A stretch of DNA of 64,000 bases, from contig NC_043005.1 of the NCBI RefSeq assembly GCF_006345805.1, positions 103,850,001 through 103,914,000 of the forward strand, in the 5' to 3' direction. The translations under genes and the position numbers were made by a program. Below, piece by piece: positions 38,891 to 52,999 of the stretch. The notes beneath the pieces were generated by a model. It did not search any database. It had not been told where the DNA came from and worked only from the letters and a program-made list of their open reading frames with translations. This stretch comes from Octopus sinensis. Lineage: Eukaryota. The first letter of the stretch is position 1. Every line of letters starts with the position of its first letter.

Positions 38891-40371
38891 TCTTGGACAA
38901 TATTCTCTATCATTTTCTTTTTCTCTTCCTCTCTCTTTTCGGTTCCTTAGAGAAGGAAGCTCTCAGGTGACGCAGCTGCAACTATAGCAGCTGGCCTTTC
39001 TGCTCTTCCACACTAGTTTCATATTTTTTAAAAAATTATTTTGCAGTGGGGAATAATTTTAGAATGGCCTTGTGATTTTCGGGGTTCATAAGGTCCATAC
39101 TGAGCCTGACCAACCACATATCCTTATCCGTCATTTCCACACTTACCAACCGGCCCCTTTGCCAATACCGTGCGTTTACATGTTACTCATGATATTGCGA
39201 TGGCCCTTGTGTTGCGGTACAAATTTACAGACGAATGTATATCGTACTCTTCGCTGATTGCCTCACCTCCATCCATGTCTTGAAGGCATAGCAGATACTC
39301 TCATACATTTTTCCATAGTTGATGGAATCTACATGCTTTCAAACATCAGCCGGTAGCTTTTTCAAATCACCCTTCCTTTTTTCGAAGATGATTGTAGGCT
39401 ACTTTTCTCTTCTTCCCTTACTCCTATTAGCTTCAAATAAGAAAGCATTTATTTTGGTTACATATTTGAGCGCAGGGCCTTAAAGCTTTTGTTTTCTTTA
39501 ATCAGTTTGACGACAAAGGACAATAGTAATTACCAGTTATTACTTCTTACGATACTGCCGAATGCTACCACCTCACGTTCTCACTAACCACAGTTTCCAT
39601 CCGAATCGAGATCGAGAGAAGAATCGAATAAAATAAAAGGAAAATTGTCTTGGGCCCGGCGATCTCTATGTGGAGGCGGAAATATTTCCAAAAATCTCAA
39701 TTGATTTGTAAAAACTCAGTTTGGTTACACATTTGAGCGCAGGTCCTTAAAGCGTTAATCAGTTTGAAGACAAAGGACATTGGTAATTACCAGTTAGTTT
39801 TTGAATCATTATAGCTCTATCTTCTTGCGAGAATGACAACATTATAGAGATCGGAGAATAATTTTAAAAATCATATTTCGTTTTAATTATTGTTTTACAT
39901 GATTATGTATCCGTGTAAAGTCATTTTTAATACGTTAAAGTACATTCGGACTTCAGAAGTCCTTTCACTGAGGTAACATAACGAGAAGGAAAGTAAATAT
40001 GACTTAACGCAAAAATATTTTATTCGACGTTGCTTGGTATGAATTTATATAATTCTAACTTGACCAAGCTTTACGCACATCAGAAAACGTAGCATATACT
40101 GTTCTAATATAAGAACGAATTTGTTTGATATCGGGATGTGTACACTGGTACCCAACGTTGCATTCCTGCACCGATACCCGCTCTTACAAAAGTTGCAACG
40201 AACAAGGAGTCCCTATTGTTACCAATGTCTCAGGTTAACACCCTTGTAGTTTTCTGCCCCCAAAGAGGGGATCACTTGCACAGGGGAGTACATGATTCGA
40301 TACCTCTCCCTGTTTTAGGGTTGTCTTTCTGAACTGAATTCAACACAAACGTTTGGTGATTTCTTTACCAA

Positions 40372-40560
40372 CATTTCAATGTCAATTCCTCGTCGACATA
40401 TGTTGTTCTGTTAGTGAACATTTCACTGCAAATACCTAAATGACACATGGTGTCCCCTCTATTATAATTTCAATGCAAAATACCTAGATGATACATGCGT
40501 CCTCTCTGTCAACAACATTTCAACAGACATACCTAAATGACATATAGTGTTCTCTCTGTC
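40372..40560. repeat. Diverged ~47-50-bp minisatellite, 4 units
   Basis: Units start (C/A)ATTTCA at 40372, 40419, 40466 and 40516; the last three share ATACCTA(A/G)ATGA. Confidence 0.7.
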
Positions 40561-41806
40561 TGGCATTCTCTTTTCTCTTCTCTTCTTCTCCTCCTCAATG
40601 AAGCATACTTCATCAACTTAGCTGTCGATTATAAACGCACGTTTCTAGTTTAACTCTTGCATTAACATACGTTTGCATTTTTTTGGGGGAAAAAAAACGA
40701 ACACACATCCGTGTATGTGTTTATGTACGTATATATCTATGTATGTATACCTATCTTCATATTTTGTGTGTGTGTTCTATGTGTTTTATAAGTTGGGTGG
40801 TTTGAACTTTTAGTTCTGTATTCTCAAGTTTTTTTACTCCTTCCTCCTCTCGGTTGCCGTCGCCAATTATCGTCGGTTTCTCACAATGCCAGTCCACCAT
40901 CAACAGATTTGATAACCATTATACACACATATAAGATGTGTGGTCAGTAAATACCAACGCAAATCACACTTGTTATTACCCTCGTTAATGATTCTATGAT
41001 TATTCTCCAGCGTGATTAGATGTGTGGTCAGTAAATACGTCCGTTACCAACAAGATCAACACTACCTCGAACATTAACGTCACCCAACACCAGCTATACT
41101 AATACCACTAGCACTACCAATAGCAACAATACCAACATCACCTTAACTAGCATTAACACTAACGCCAGCCCTAATACCAACATCACCACTATCATGACCA
41201 TAGACACTATCGCTAAGGCCACCACTAATTCAGTTGTTAGTGCAGCACTAACACCACTAACATACATATTACCACTAACAGCCATGTTGGCAACAACGAC
41301 AATTATAATGTTAGCAACAACGACAATTATAATGTTAGCAACAATAGCCGTGTTAGCATTAACGGCAGCTTTATTAGCTAGAACAGAAGCCGTCTCAGTG
41401 ACAACACCTGAGTTAGCAACATAAAAAAAAGAACTGATAGAAACTACAGCAATCGCATCAGTAATAACACCACCGATGTTAGCAAGGACAGTAGCAATAT
41501 TCACAACAACAGTAATATTCACGACTACAGCAATAGCAACAACAGCAGCAGTAGCGTGTTAGGAACAGCAACAAGTGTGAGAAACAATAATCCTGTTAGA
41601 AGTGACAACTGCGGTGTTAGTTGCAATAACACACACGTTTGCAACAGCAGGATTAGAAACTACACCAGCCGTGTCGCAACAGCAGTCGTGTTAATGTGGC
41701 GAACAAAAAAAACTTCATACATGTACGACTATAGAAGTGGGAATATAGACGGAAATGTTAGTGTTATTACTTCCGCCCTACTGTATCACAGTTTGTTTGG
41801 CGACAA

Positions 41807-42370
41807 AGGCAGCGAATTGGCAGCGATGTTAGGCTATCAGATAGAAAGCTTCACGGTATTTGTTCCGACTTTGAATGGCGGCGAGCTGGCAGAAACGTTA
41901 GCACGCCTGGTGAAATGCTTAGCGGTATTTCGTCTGCCGTTACGTTCCGAGTTCAAATTCCGCCGAGGTCGACTTTGCCTTTCATCCTTTCGGGGTCGAT
42001 TAAATAAGTACCAGTTACGCACTGGGGTCGATGTAATCGACTTAATCCGTTTGTCTGTCCTTGTTTGTCCACTCTTTGTTTAGCCCCTTGTGGGTAGTAA
42101 AGAAATAGGTATTTCGTCTGCTGTTACGTTCTGAGTTCAAATTCCGCCGAGGTCGACTTTGCCTTTCTTCCTTTCGGGGTCGATAAATTAAGTACCAGTT
42201 GCGCACTGGGGTCGATGTAATCGACTTAATCCGTTTGTCTGTCCTTGTTTGTCCACTCTGTGTTTAGCCCCTTGTGGGTAGTAAAGAAATAGGTATTTGT
42301 CCCGACTTTGCATTCTGAGTTCAAATTCTGCTGACGTCAGCTTTACTATTCTTTTAGAGTCGATAAAAAC
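41807..42370 (+). mobile_element. Young SINE-A dimer (41877-42291) inserted into an old SINE-A copy
   Basis: Head GGCGGCGAGCTGGCAGAAACGTTAGC; 184-bp modules at 41924-42107 and 42108-42291; 19-bp TSD GGTATTTGT(T/C)CCGACTTTG at 41855-41873 and 42292-42310. The old host head lies upstream and its B box (GAGTTCAAATTC) downstream. Confidence 0.88.
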
Positions 42371-42949
42371 GTTATCAATCCAGAGCAGTGGACTTGAGCA
42401 ACTGGTAGAGTCGGGTAAAATACCGTGTGATATTTGACCTGATTTTCGCATCCTGACAGCAGTGACTGTGACGACACTGCTGCCAAATTGTATCAACCGT
42501 TCCCCTTGAATAAGTATCAGTGGTGTAGAGAGGGATGTCTAGTCTTGCTCAAAACATTTTCCTTACACCTGCGTAACATGGACAGTATTGACAGACGATA
42601 GCACAGTTTCTATTCTTAATTTGTTCCCCCTCGAAATGTATCAGATCAGCAAAACTCGATACAACAACAGCCAACAGAGACCACTACTGGTCACTCGATT
42701 TGCAAGAAATAGCAACTTAATTTCTCTCGAATTGCCCCTTGTCATCATAAAAAAGACACATCGGGTACTTTTTGACAGTGAGTGCAGTGACGAGACATAC
42801 ACGATCGAAATCCTTTTGATCCCACATCTCTTTAATCATGCAACAAAAACAACAAGAACGACCACAAAAACAACAGCAGTAAATTCTACTACAACTCCAC
42901 ATAATTTTACAAAACAAATTTGCTTTCATTTACACTACACTGTTCTATT

Positions 42950-43810
42950 CTATGCATAACTTTGTTCAACACTCCTGTTCTCTACCCTGGTTTATATTAC
43001 TTTAATTCAGTCTATTCTTCTATATTTTACCCCGCACTGTTCTCATCTTCTCCCCGCATCTCTCCGCTTTCCTCTCCCCAACATCACTCCTCTCAACTTT
43101 CTGTTTCTCAACTCGACTTTCCTCTCGTCTTCTCTTCTTCTCACTTCCATCCTTCTTCTCTGTACTGCTCCGGCCAGCTGTCACCTCTTCTCTTCGCTAC
43201 ACCGCTCTCCTCTCCTCGATATCTCGCTTTTCTCCTCTACTTTGCTATCCTCTCCTTTATGCTACCCTTTGTTCTACACCTCTCTTTTGCTCTACGCCTC
43301 TCTTCTCTCCTCTACACCGCTACTCTTCCCTCTACAAGATACTCTCATTTCCTCTATATCACTCTTTTTTGCTCTACACCACTCTCATCTACTCTCCCCT
43401 ACGCTGCTCTCTTCTGCTTTCCCCCACAACATTATTTTCTGCTCTCATTTCTTCTTAGCTCCCTTCTCCCTCGCTTTCTTCTCTACATCACTCTCTTCTT
43501 TACCACTTTCCTTTCTTCAGCTCACCTCGCCTCATCTTCCCCTTACTCCCCCTTACTCTTCTCTCTATCACTCCTCTTTCCACTGCTCTCCTCTCCACCT
43601 CTCTCATCTGCTCCTCTATCATCCACATTACTCTCCGCTACACACCTTTCTCTATGGCTATCCTCTCCTCTCCATCAACCACCCCCACACCGCTCTCCTC
43701 CGCTTCACGCAGCTTCAATTCGTTCTTATCTACACACCTCCTCCCTCTCCCCCATCCCTCCTATTACTCTTACAGTTTCTCCTTCTCCTCACTTCTCTTT
43801 CCTCCCTCAT
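42950..43810 (+). repeat. Pyrimidine-rich low-complexity tract (similar tracts at 46080-47690 and 49480-50250)
   Basis: CT-rich composition; explains the L/S/F/P-rich ORFs. Confidence 0.85.
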
Positions 43811-44219
43811 TTTACCAATCAACCAGATAGAAGAACAAATATGAAAGCAAGAAAGTAAAAAAAAAAAAAACGAAAAAACTCCCAACGAAACAAAAAAAGA
43901 GCAACAAAACACACACATATACATATAGGCATACACGCATTCCGACACTGACATAAAAACACACATACACACACACATTTATGCACACACATAATCACAA
44001 ACACAACTTTATACATAAGCATTTACACATACATATATACCCACATATATATAAACTTGCATATTCATACTGACGAATAAATGTACACATGCAATCAAGC
44101 AGATATTTACGCACGTATGTACACAGATATATACACGTATTTACACACATATAAATATGGATACACGTACACACACATATGCACAGTCATTACATGTACA
44201 CATGCACATGCGCATTACA

Positions 44220-44316
<97 letters not shown>

Positions 44317-44976
44317 TCACCGATACATACATGCATATATGTATTCATATAGATGCACAAAACATGTATACATGGGCACATATATGTATATATATAGTCA
44401 CTTATACACATATACATGTATGCAGATATGAAAATTTACGTTCATATTTACATACAGTTTGTAAACAAACAGAAAATATAATATACACAAATAGATACAC
44501 TTACATATACACGCACACTCATAGTTACACAGAAATATACACACATGCAGAAACAATTTGAGATAAAGAAACTTACACACACACACATACACGCATTTCT
44601 TCAAACGCATATACAATAATTTTCACTTACACAGAGAAATACACCCGTGCATCAAATATACTAGTAGACTGAAATGAGTGAAATTGTAAACGCAGACATC
44701 CATATATGTGTACATACGTACAAACGTATAGATATTTATGCATACACACATGCATGCAAGCATAGATACATATATACTTTCACACACACGCACACACACA
44801 CACATGCACGCATGCACATACACACATACACACGAATGGAAATACACATAAACAAGCATACAAACATGTATAGCTAAATATACGTACACATTCATACATA
44901 TACATGGATACGTGAATGCATACATACATACATACATACATACATACATACATACATACATACATACATACATACA

Positions 44977-45008
<32 letters not shown>

Positions 45009-45190
45009 AAGATACAAGCCTACAAAAGCATACCGACATACGTTCACAAATATATACGTGCACATACGTATATAGATGCATAGATATATTAATATACATG
45101 CATGTAAAAAACACGTATATATAAATGCGTATACATACATATACATACAAACCCATATATGTACGCATATACGGATAAAATTATTTATAC

Positions 45191-45221
<31 letters not shown>

Positions 45222-46940
45222 CATACATATGTGTATATATATATATATACACATATACATGCATATACCATATATAAATGCATACATATGCGTTCATGCA
45301 TATATACATTCATACCAAACATGCTCCATATACGTATACACTTATTCGTTAATATGTACATAGTGCATACCGCAGTAGGTATACACATACGCACACATAC
45401 ATACATATATATGTCTGTGTTTGAATACGCACATACAGGTTTATATATACATATACACACGTACGTACATACAAAAACACATTCATACGCACGTGCATGC
45501 GTTCACACAGTCATATATAAAGACGTACACATCCATACATGCACATAAATAGCGATTGAAACAAACAAACAAATAATATCTAGAACCTTCCTCCGCCCCT
45601 AACCACCCCTCAAATCACCACTACCGCCACCACCAACACCAACAGCAGCGCCGTCGCCACCACCGCCATCACCACCACCACCACCACCACACCATCCAGC
45701 CCTCTCCGAAACCCGGTTTAGTCCATAACCATAGCATTTCAACTTCTCTCTTTATCCAGTCACTGATTACACAGGCTGTTTCAGACAAAAGCTGAAATCA
45801 AATAATTTGTGACTTATAGAAATCAAATACTGGCCGAGTATGACCCCAAAGACAGCAGCATCAAAGAAACCTATTTGGTCAAAGACCACAAACCATATTA
45901 TTACGTAAGCTTGCGTCAATCCGAGTATAATTTCTCTTCGCCGACAATCTCTTGAGTATGTCAGTGTGCTCACAGTCGGCATTGGCAAGCAAGGCAATGT
46001 CGTTATTGGTTGAGCAGAAAATTATATTTATCAGAACAAAGTTTCGTAGTATGCAATGATAGTGTTGGCACACCCAACCCAATCTTTCTCTCTCTCTCTT
46101 TCTTTTTTTATATTATTTCTTTTCTATTTTGCTTCTTTATATTCAAAGAATAAAAGATTTATTTGGTGTGAATTCCATCCTTCATTTCTAATTCCCTTAT
46201 TCTTTGTATGTAATGTTATTTTTATTATTTGTCATATTGTTTTTCTACTTTTGTCTCCTTTGCTTTTCTTTTCTCTTCAGATATATCCTACTGTCACTTT
46301 CTACCTTCTTTTTACCTTGTCTATATTACCACTTCATAACCCTTTCTCCTCTCCTCCCATTCTTTCTCTTTATTTCTCTTTTTCTATTTACTTTCACTTT
46401 CCACCTTCTATCACCTTTTCTATATCCCCACCTCTCCCTATCTCTCCCTTTGTCTTTTCTCTCTTTTCCTCTCCACTTTCTCTGTCTCCAATCCAGTTTA
46501 TCTTTCGAATTTTTCTGTCAAACCTCATATTTTTCTATCCCATAATTTCTATATTTTCCACTATTTCTGCAATTCTCCAGCTTACCAAACTTCTTCTTTG
46601 TCTTTCTATTCTATTTTCTCCCCTTCATGCACAACTGTTCCTATTTTTCCATCTCTTATCAACCCCTTTGATGTTTAAATTCTCTCTGTTCTCCCTTCCT
46701 CTTTTCTCTCTACATCTATACTTCACCCCCCTACAACCTATCCCCTGCCACACACTTACCTCTAAACTTATCCCTCTTTTTTTTTATTCTTATTCTTTAT
46801 GGCAAATATTCTCAGAATGATCTCCTTTCCACTTAATCACCAGACTTCTCTCTCTCTCTCTCCCACACTCTCTCTTTCTTCCTCTCACTCTTACACCCAT
46901 TCTGTCTTACCAATTCTCTCTGCCATGCATATTCTTTCTT

Positions 46941-46986
<46 letters not shown>

Positions 46987-49065
46987 TCTCTCGCTTACAT
47001 TCCCTCTCTTATATGCACATTCTATCATGTATACACACACATACACGCAGACATATTCACTCCCACATACATTCTCGCTCACTTTCATATACTAACATAC
47101 TTGCTCCCTCACATGCACACACATACACACACACATACACTCACTTTCTTCCAGGCGCTCGCTCTTACATATTCACACGTACGTACACACGCGCATACGT
47201 CACTTTCACATATATTCTCTCTCACTCTCTCTTACACACACACACTCATTCTCTTTTACACGCATGCACATACACACTCACACACAAACACAGCTCTCTC
47301 TCTCTCTCTCTCTCTTGCACACACACACACATACACTCACACACACTCTTTCTCTCTCTCTCTCTCTCACACATTTTCTTAGTCTCTCACTTCACACTCT
47401 CAGTATCCTCTTTCTCTCCTTTTCTCTCGCCTTCTCCTCTCTCTCTCCCTCTTGAATTTACCCAACACTCCTGCAAATGTATTCGATCGATTAAACAGTT
47501 TCTTAAGTTCTCTCTCTCACTCTCTCTCTCTCTCTATTTCTCTCTTTCTCTCTCTTCCCCACTTTCTCCTATGTTCCCATCCACCACCCGGCCACCACCA
47601 TCAACACCCGCCTTTCTACTCATTTCGCGCTTTCACACGCAAGCTACTTTTTAGCCTCTTCTAAAGAAGTCTTTTGCTTCTTCTTTCAACCGCTAAACTA
47701 CCACTCACTCATAACCACTACCCCCCACCACCACCACCACCACCCACCATAATCACTACAACCATCAACACAACCACCACAACCAGCACTAGCACCAACA
47801 CCATCGGCACCACAACAACAGCACAAACATAACCACCACCAATCACCATCATCACCACTACTAACACCACAACCACCATTGCCACAACAACCAACAACCA
47901 TTACCACCACCACACCACCACCACCCCACAACCTACCGGTATCCAAACTCTCACCATCAGCCATCACTATTTTCGCCATCACTGCCATCACAGTCAATGA
48001 CCACCTCCGCATAGAGAGAACCCCGTTCACATCATCTTCAAAACCACCATCCACCGCAATCACAAATACAATTGTACCAACAGAAACATCACCACTACCA
48101 CCTCTACCGCGAACATTAACAACAACCGCAGTTATTACTATCACCACAACTGCTACCAATACCATTCCAAGCACTACCTCAGCTACCACTGTTGCGATCA
48201 CTGGTACTACCATTACAAGCATCATTATCCTCTTTGCAACAATCAACAGCATCACCAGCACTATCCATCACCACCACCACCACCACCACCACCACCACCA
48301 CCACCACCCCACCACCATCATCATCATCATTACCACCACTAATACCAGCACCAACACCTAAAACTACAACCCAAACTATCACAGTCAGCATCACTAACAC
48401 ACCATCACCCCTATGATCACCAGTTCCACAATGACCGCTACCATCACCATCACCATCACCATCACCATCACCACCACCACCACCAACCACAACAATCACC
48501 ACCGCTGCCAGCAGCAGCAGTAGTAGCAGCAGCAGCACCGTCACCACCACTACTGCTACCACTACCACAACTACGTCCACCACCGTCACTACCATCAATA
48601 CTAAAACCATGAATGCTACCACCACCACCACCACCATCACCACAACAGCCACTATCCCCTCGTTTATTCCTCTTTCATACACCACCTACTATTTAATACA
48701 AATCACAATGGCAGGTCTCTCTGCCAGTTATTTCCACATTTAACTTTGTTTCAAATGTTTTTACGACCATCAATTACTATTGTTCCTTTATATATTACCA
48801 TCTTCAACATCCTATGGCATCAAATCAAATAAAATAGAACTTCACTTGCCTTTATTTCCTTAAACTAGTTCTTTCTTTTGCATTTTCTTTCCATCTATGT
48901 GTATGAGTGTTTATGTATATATATATGTGTGTGTGGGGGGAGGTTGTATATGTGTATAAATTTATATATATATGAATGAATATATATGAAGGAAATATAT
49001 GTATATAAATCTCTCTCTCTCTATATATATATATATATGAATAATTTATACACATGCGTACTTAA

Positions 49066-49098
<33 letters not shown>

Positions 49099-50317
49099 AT
49101 ATAATATATATATACATATTTATATATGAATGTGTGTGTGCGTGTGCGTGTGTGTATGCATGTATAAGTATATACTACCAGAGTACCCGTGAAAATCTGT
49201 GGTTCTTACGGCAATGTATGATGTTTCTGTTTCAAGCCTTGCGTCATTCATTGTCTTCTTGTGTTTCATTTTGTCTACTTTCAGTTATCATATTTTTTTA
49301 AGCTTCCCTCATTGCTTTTGGTCTTATTGTGTTTGTCATTGTTTTGGGGTAATTCTCTCCTTCACGTCATATCGAGCATTGACCTCTTCTTGTGATATTT
49401 TCTTTTTTCTTTAATTCGTATTCGAGCAGTTTTTCTGTATTGAGGATTTCTGCGACTGTTTGACTTCCAATTAGCGGTTGCATAGTTGAAAAAAGTCGAC
49501 TTTTTACTTTCTCATTCTAACACTCACTCTCTCACTTGCTTTCATTATTCTCACAGACTCGTTCACATACATCATTATTTCTTCTCTTCCTGTGTATTTA
49601 TATGTGCAGCTCCCTCTCTTTTTTCTCTCATTCAAAACTTGCTTTCATCTCCTCACCTTATTTTCAACGTCTTTCCCTAGACACTTCGATACCAAGCACG
49701 AATCTCTCTCTCTTTCTCTCTCTCCCCTCTCTCTATGTCTATCATTATCTCTATCACTCGCTTTTTCTTCCGTTATTTAATATCGCTCATTACCTCTCTC
49801 TGTTGTTGAACTTTTTTTCCCGTTTATCCTCTTTTACTTGCATTATCTCTTCCCCTCTCACTCTCTTTTCCATCTCTACTTGTATTTTGACTGCCTGCTC
49901 GCCTGACTGCCTGCTCAGCTTTCTGGCTGGATGCAGACTTATTTGTTGCTAACTTTCATTTCCCGCTCTGTCAATTTCCAATCTATCTATTTATCTATCT
50001 AATCCACCTCCTTATATAATACTTTCTTTGTTTCTCTTTTATCTCTCTCACAACAACCTCTGCTTTCTCCTTAAGCATTGTTCAGTTTTATCACGGCAGC
50101 TCTCTAATTTGCAATCTGTATTGTTGACTTCTAGCTTTCTTCTTTACATCTCCCCCTCTTAAATGCGTTATCTCTTCCTTTCTCACATTTCTTCCCTTTC
50201 TCCCTATATTTCAGTATCTACTTGCATGACTACCTCTCGCATAGGCATCCTTGTTTTTAACAATTGGTTGTATATCTATATCTATATATCTAGATGTATG
50301 TATATATGTTTATGTAC

Positions 50318-50361
<44 letters not shown>

Positions 50362-50394
50362 ATATATATAATATATATATATATATATATAATA

Positions 50395-50428
<34 letters not shown>

Positions 50429-50522
50429 CATGTATGTATATATGTACGTGATTGTATATGGTGGCGTGGATTTCCACTTCGGCATCCGAAACTCGGAGTT
50501 TTATCATGGCTACCGAATAACT

Positions 50523-50583
<61 letters not shown>

Positions 50584-50649
50584 TATATTATATATACACT
50601 TATAGTCCCACAGAACGGATGTAATTTATAATAGTCCGGGCTGATCAAA

Positions 50650-51570
50650 GCCTTGTTAAATGGAAAGTGAAAGAAGCCATCATTAAAAAGAAAATCTCCT
50701 TAATCATACACCCTCTTTCACCAAGGCCACCAAGCAGTTAAAGGCTACCTCCACTTTCTGGCGAAAGAAAAGTAGCAGGATGATCTTCACAATGGGCTCA
50801 GCTCGTAGAAGGATATTGTTCGACAAGATTTCACATGTCATTAATGCGTGGACACTGGACGAGTGGAGTGCATGCAGTATGGTTTCGTCACTGCGTGCAA
50901 CCTAGAGGACTAGCTGACACTTTCGTGTCTCTAGGATTTATCTCGTTTCAACAAATGCAATGCCCTCTGATAGTACTAGCAGGTCAGAGAATTCTAGCAA
51001 TTATTGTTGACCCTGGTTTGAAAGTCCTCCGGAACACATCATTCAGATTATTTCCAGCGGCGCCCAGAGAACATCGTCGATAACCTCATCGCTCTTACCT
51101 GTCACTAACACTCTATAAAACGTCAACGCAAAACTCCCACCTACGACATTGTCTGCATGGTAGAAGGCTGTTTGCGCTTGATAAAATTCTAGATGCTAAG
51201 CACCTTGTCTCTGTCTTTGCTAGACTCAGGACTACTACTCTCTGAAAGTGACCATTTACAGAAAAAACAATTGTGACAAATGGCAACCAGACCCATTCAC
51301 AATAAAAAAGAAAAAATACTGGAGAGGTCACAGCTTCAGCGCATACCTGCGTATCGGGAACTATGCTGTATTAGCCTTTCCCTTAGCAGGGTTTAACATA
51401 AATAGAGCACCTGTCCAGTGGAACGCTGAGCTACAGATCCACAGGTCAACTGACCTTCGTTGGTTGATTTTGGTTTGTGTCACCGCCTCGTTGTCCCATA
51501 GAGCAGGGTCGACCACGTCGATGTTCTCGGCGTCCAACTCTTACTAAGTTGATGACGTCCGTATTCGTCG
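50650..51570 (-). mobile_element. Old, internally deleted Tx1-like LINE related to 18454-20311
   Basis: Minus-strand motifs NEAVTQTKINQRRSV, PIRRYALKL, TFYRVLVTGKSDEV, SDETILHAL and LVALVKEGV occur in the same order as in copy C. Confidence 0.65.
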
Positions 51571-51799
51571 ATACAGATCTTGCAGGGTGTCCCTCGATGT
51601 ATCTTGTTTCTGCAGGATGATGATGATGGTGGTAGTGGAGGTGACGACGACGAAGACGATGATGATGATGATAGTGGTGGTGATGATGATGATCATGATG
51701 ACAACGACGACGGCGTGCATTTAATGTGGAGTAAGTACTTTACTAAGACAATGAACAATTTGTGAAGGGAAAAAAGAGGAAGAAAGATGAGATAGAATG

Positions 51800-52650
51800 T
51801 ATAAATACTATACGAAATATAAATACATGGATGATGCAGTCCTTCTGATGCAGGTAGGCCTCCAACCAAGGACGATGAAGGAGCTCCACAGATGGAAGGT
51901 TACCCTGTCCAGTAAGAGCTCGAGTCCTCGCCCAGCCATTGTTCTCCAGTTTCCAAGTGCATGTTTAGAATAGCTCCATGCATCCTGACTTATTTTGCCA
52001 CAGCCATCCATACTTTGACAGAATTCGCCAGAAGAGAGCGTTACTTTCTCTGCTATCACTTTCCTTTCCAAGTGGGAAAGAGATGAAAAGCGCCAGAAGA
52101 AAAAGAGGAAATTATCTGACATCAATCTTTTCAGCCTTGTCCACCATCACACAACCTGTTTTGCCATAGCTACCAGACAGAGTGGCACTGCTTGCCACCC
52201 GACCTTGTTAAAGGCGGCCGGTGAGGTGATCCTTACGATGGATTCGATCAATAGTGAAATTCGTCCTACACGTGACAACAGCTGTTTGATATAATCTACA
52301 TATCTCGGACAATGCATGAGTCCTTGAAGTCCAGTTTCGTCGCTCTGCGCTCATCTCAGACAGTACCATCTAATAGTATTTTTGTACCTGTAGAGTTTAT
52401 CTCCAGCCAGTAGTGTCCCTCTGTATTACTGCCAAGCCTAGAAGTTCTGGAAGTTATTCATAGTGGTTCCAGGCCCGAAAGTCCTACGAAACCGACAAAT
52501 CAGTTACCCCTAAAGTTTCTCCGAGAACGTCATCAATCATGCCACTAGTCCACTATGTATTGCTAAAGTGTTTTCTGACGTATTTCCCTATTGGGAGTGG
52601 GCGGTGAGCATATGATGACTTTCTAGATGCCCGGCGCCCTAACTTGTTTC
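51800..52650 (-). mobile_element. Old Tx1-like LINE 3' part
   Basis: Minus strand: RRTFGPGTTMNNFQ...DKLYRY...QSDETGL...QLLSRVGRISL..ESIVRI...LVAMAKQVVWWTRLK...HLERKV. Confidence 0.8.
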
Positions 52651-52805
52651 TTTCTTTTTTGTTTTTATTCCTTGGAACTGCAAGAGCTCTCTGCAGGATT
52701 CTCGAAGCATGATCAGTAAACAATTGTCACCTTAGTCTGCTGGCTGTAGATAATTGAAATGCTCCATCATGCACAGAAAAGAGTTTTCATGAAATAATAA
52801 TAATA

Positions 52806-52849
<44 letters not shown>

Positions 52850-52852
52850 GCT

Positions 52853-52960
52853 TAATTTATCGACTCCGAACGATGAAAGACAAAGTCGACCTCGGTGGAA
52901 TTTCAACTCAGAACGTAGCGGCAGACGAAACACCGATAAGCATTTCGCCAGTCGTACTAA
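52853..52960 (-). mobile_element. SINE family A fragment
   Basis: TTAATTTATCGACTCCGAACGATGAAAGACAAAGTCGACCTCGGTGGAATTTCAACTCAGAACG next to (TAA)n. Confidence 0.8.
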
Positions 52961-52999
52961 CGTTAGGCTTCTTACCACGCGTGTGCCTCTCTCTCTATC

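Noticed and set aside
40934-41038. 21-bp direct repeat AGATGTGTGGTCAGTAAATAC, 84 bp apart
   Set aside because: Only two copies; not CRISPR-like, and no element recognised between them.
41094-41522. Val/Ala-rich 142-aa ORF resembling a membrane protein
   Set aside because: Antisense of degenerate (AAC/ACC)n repeats.
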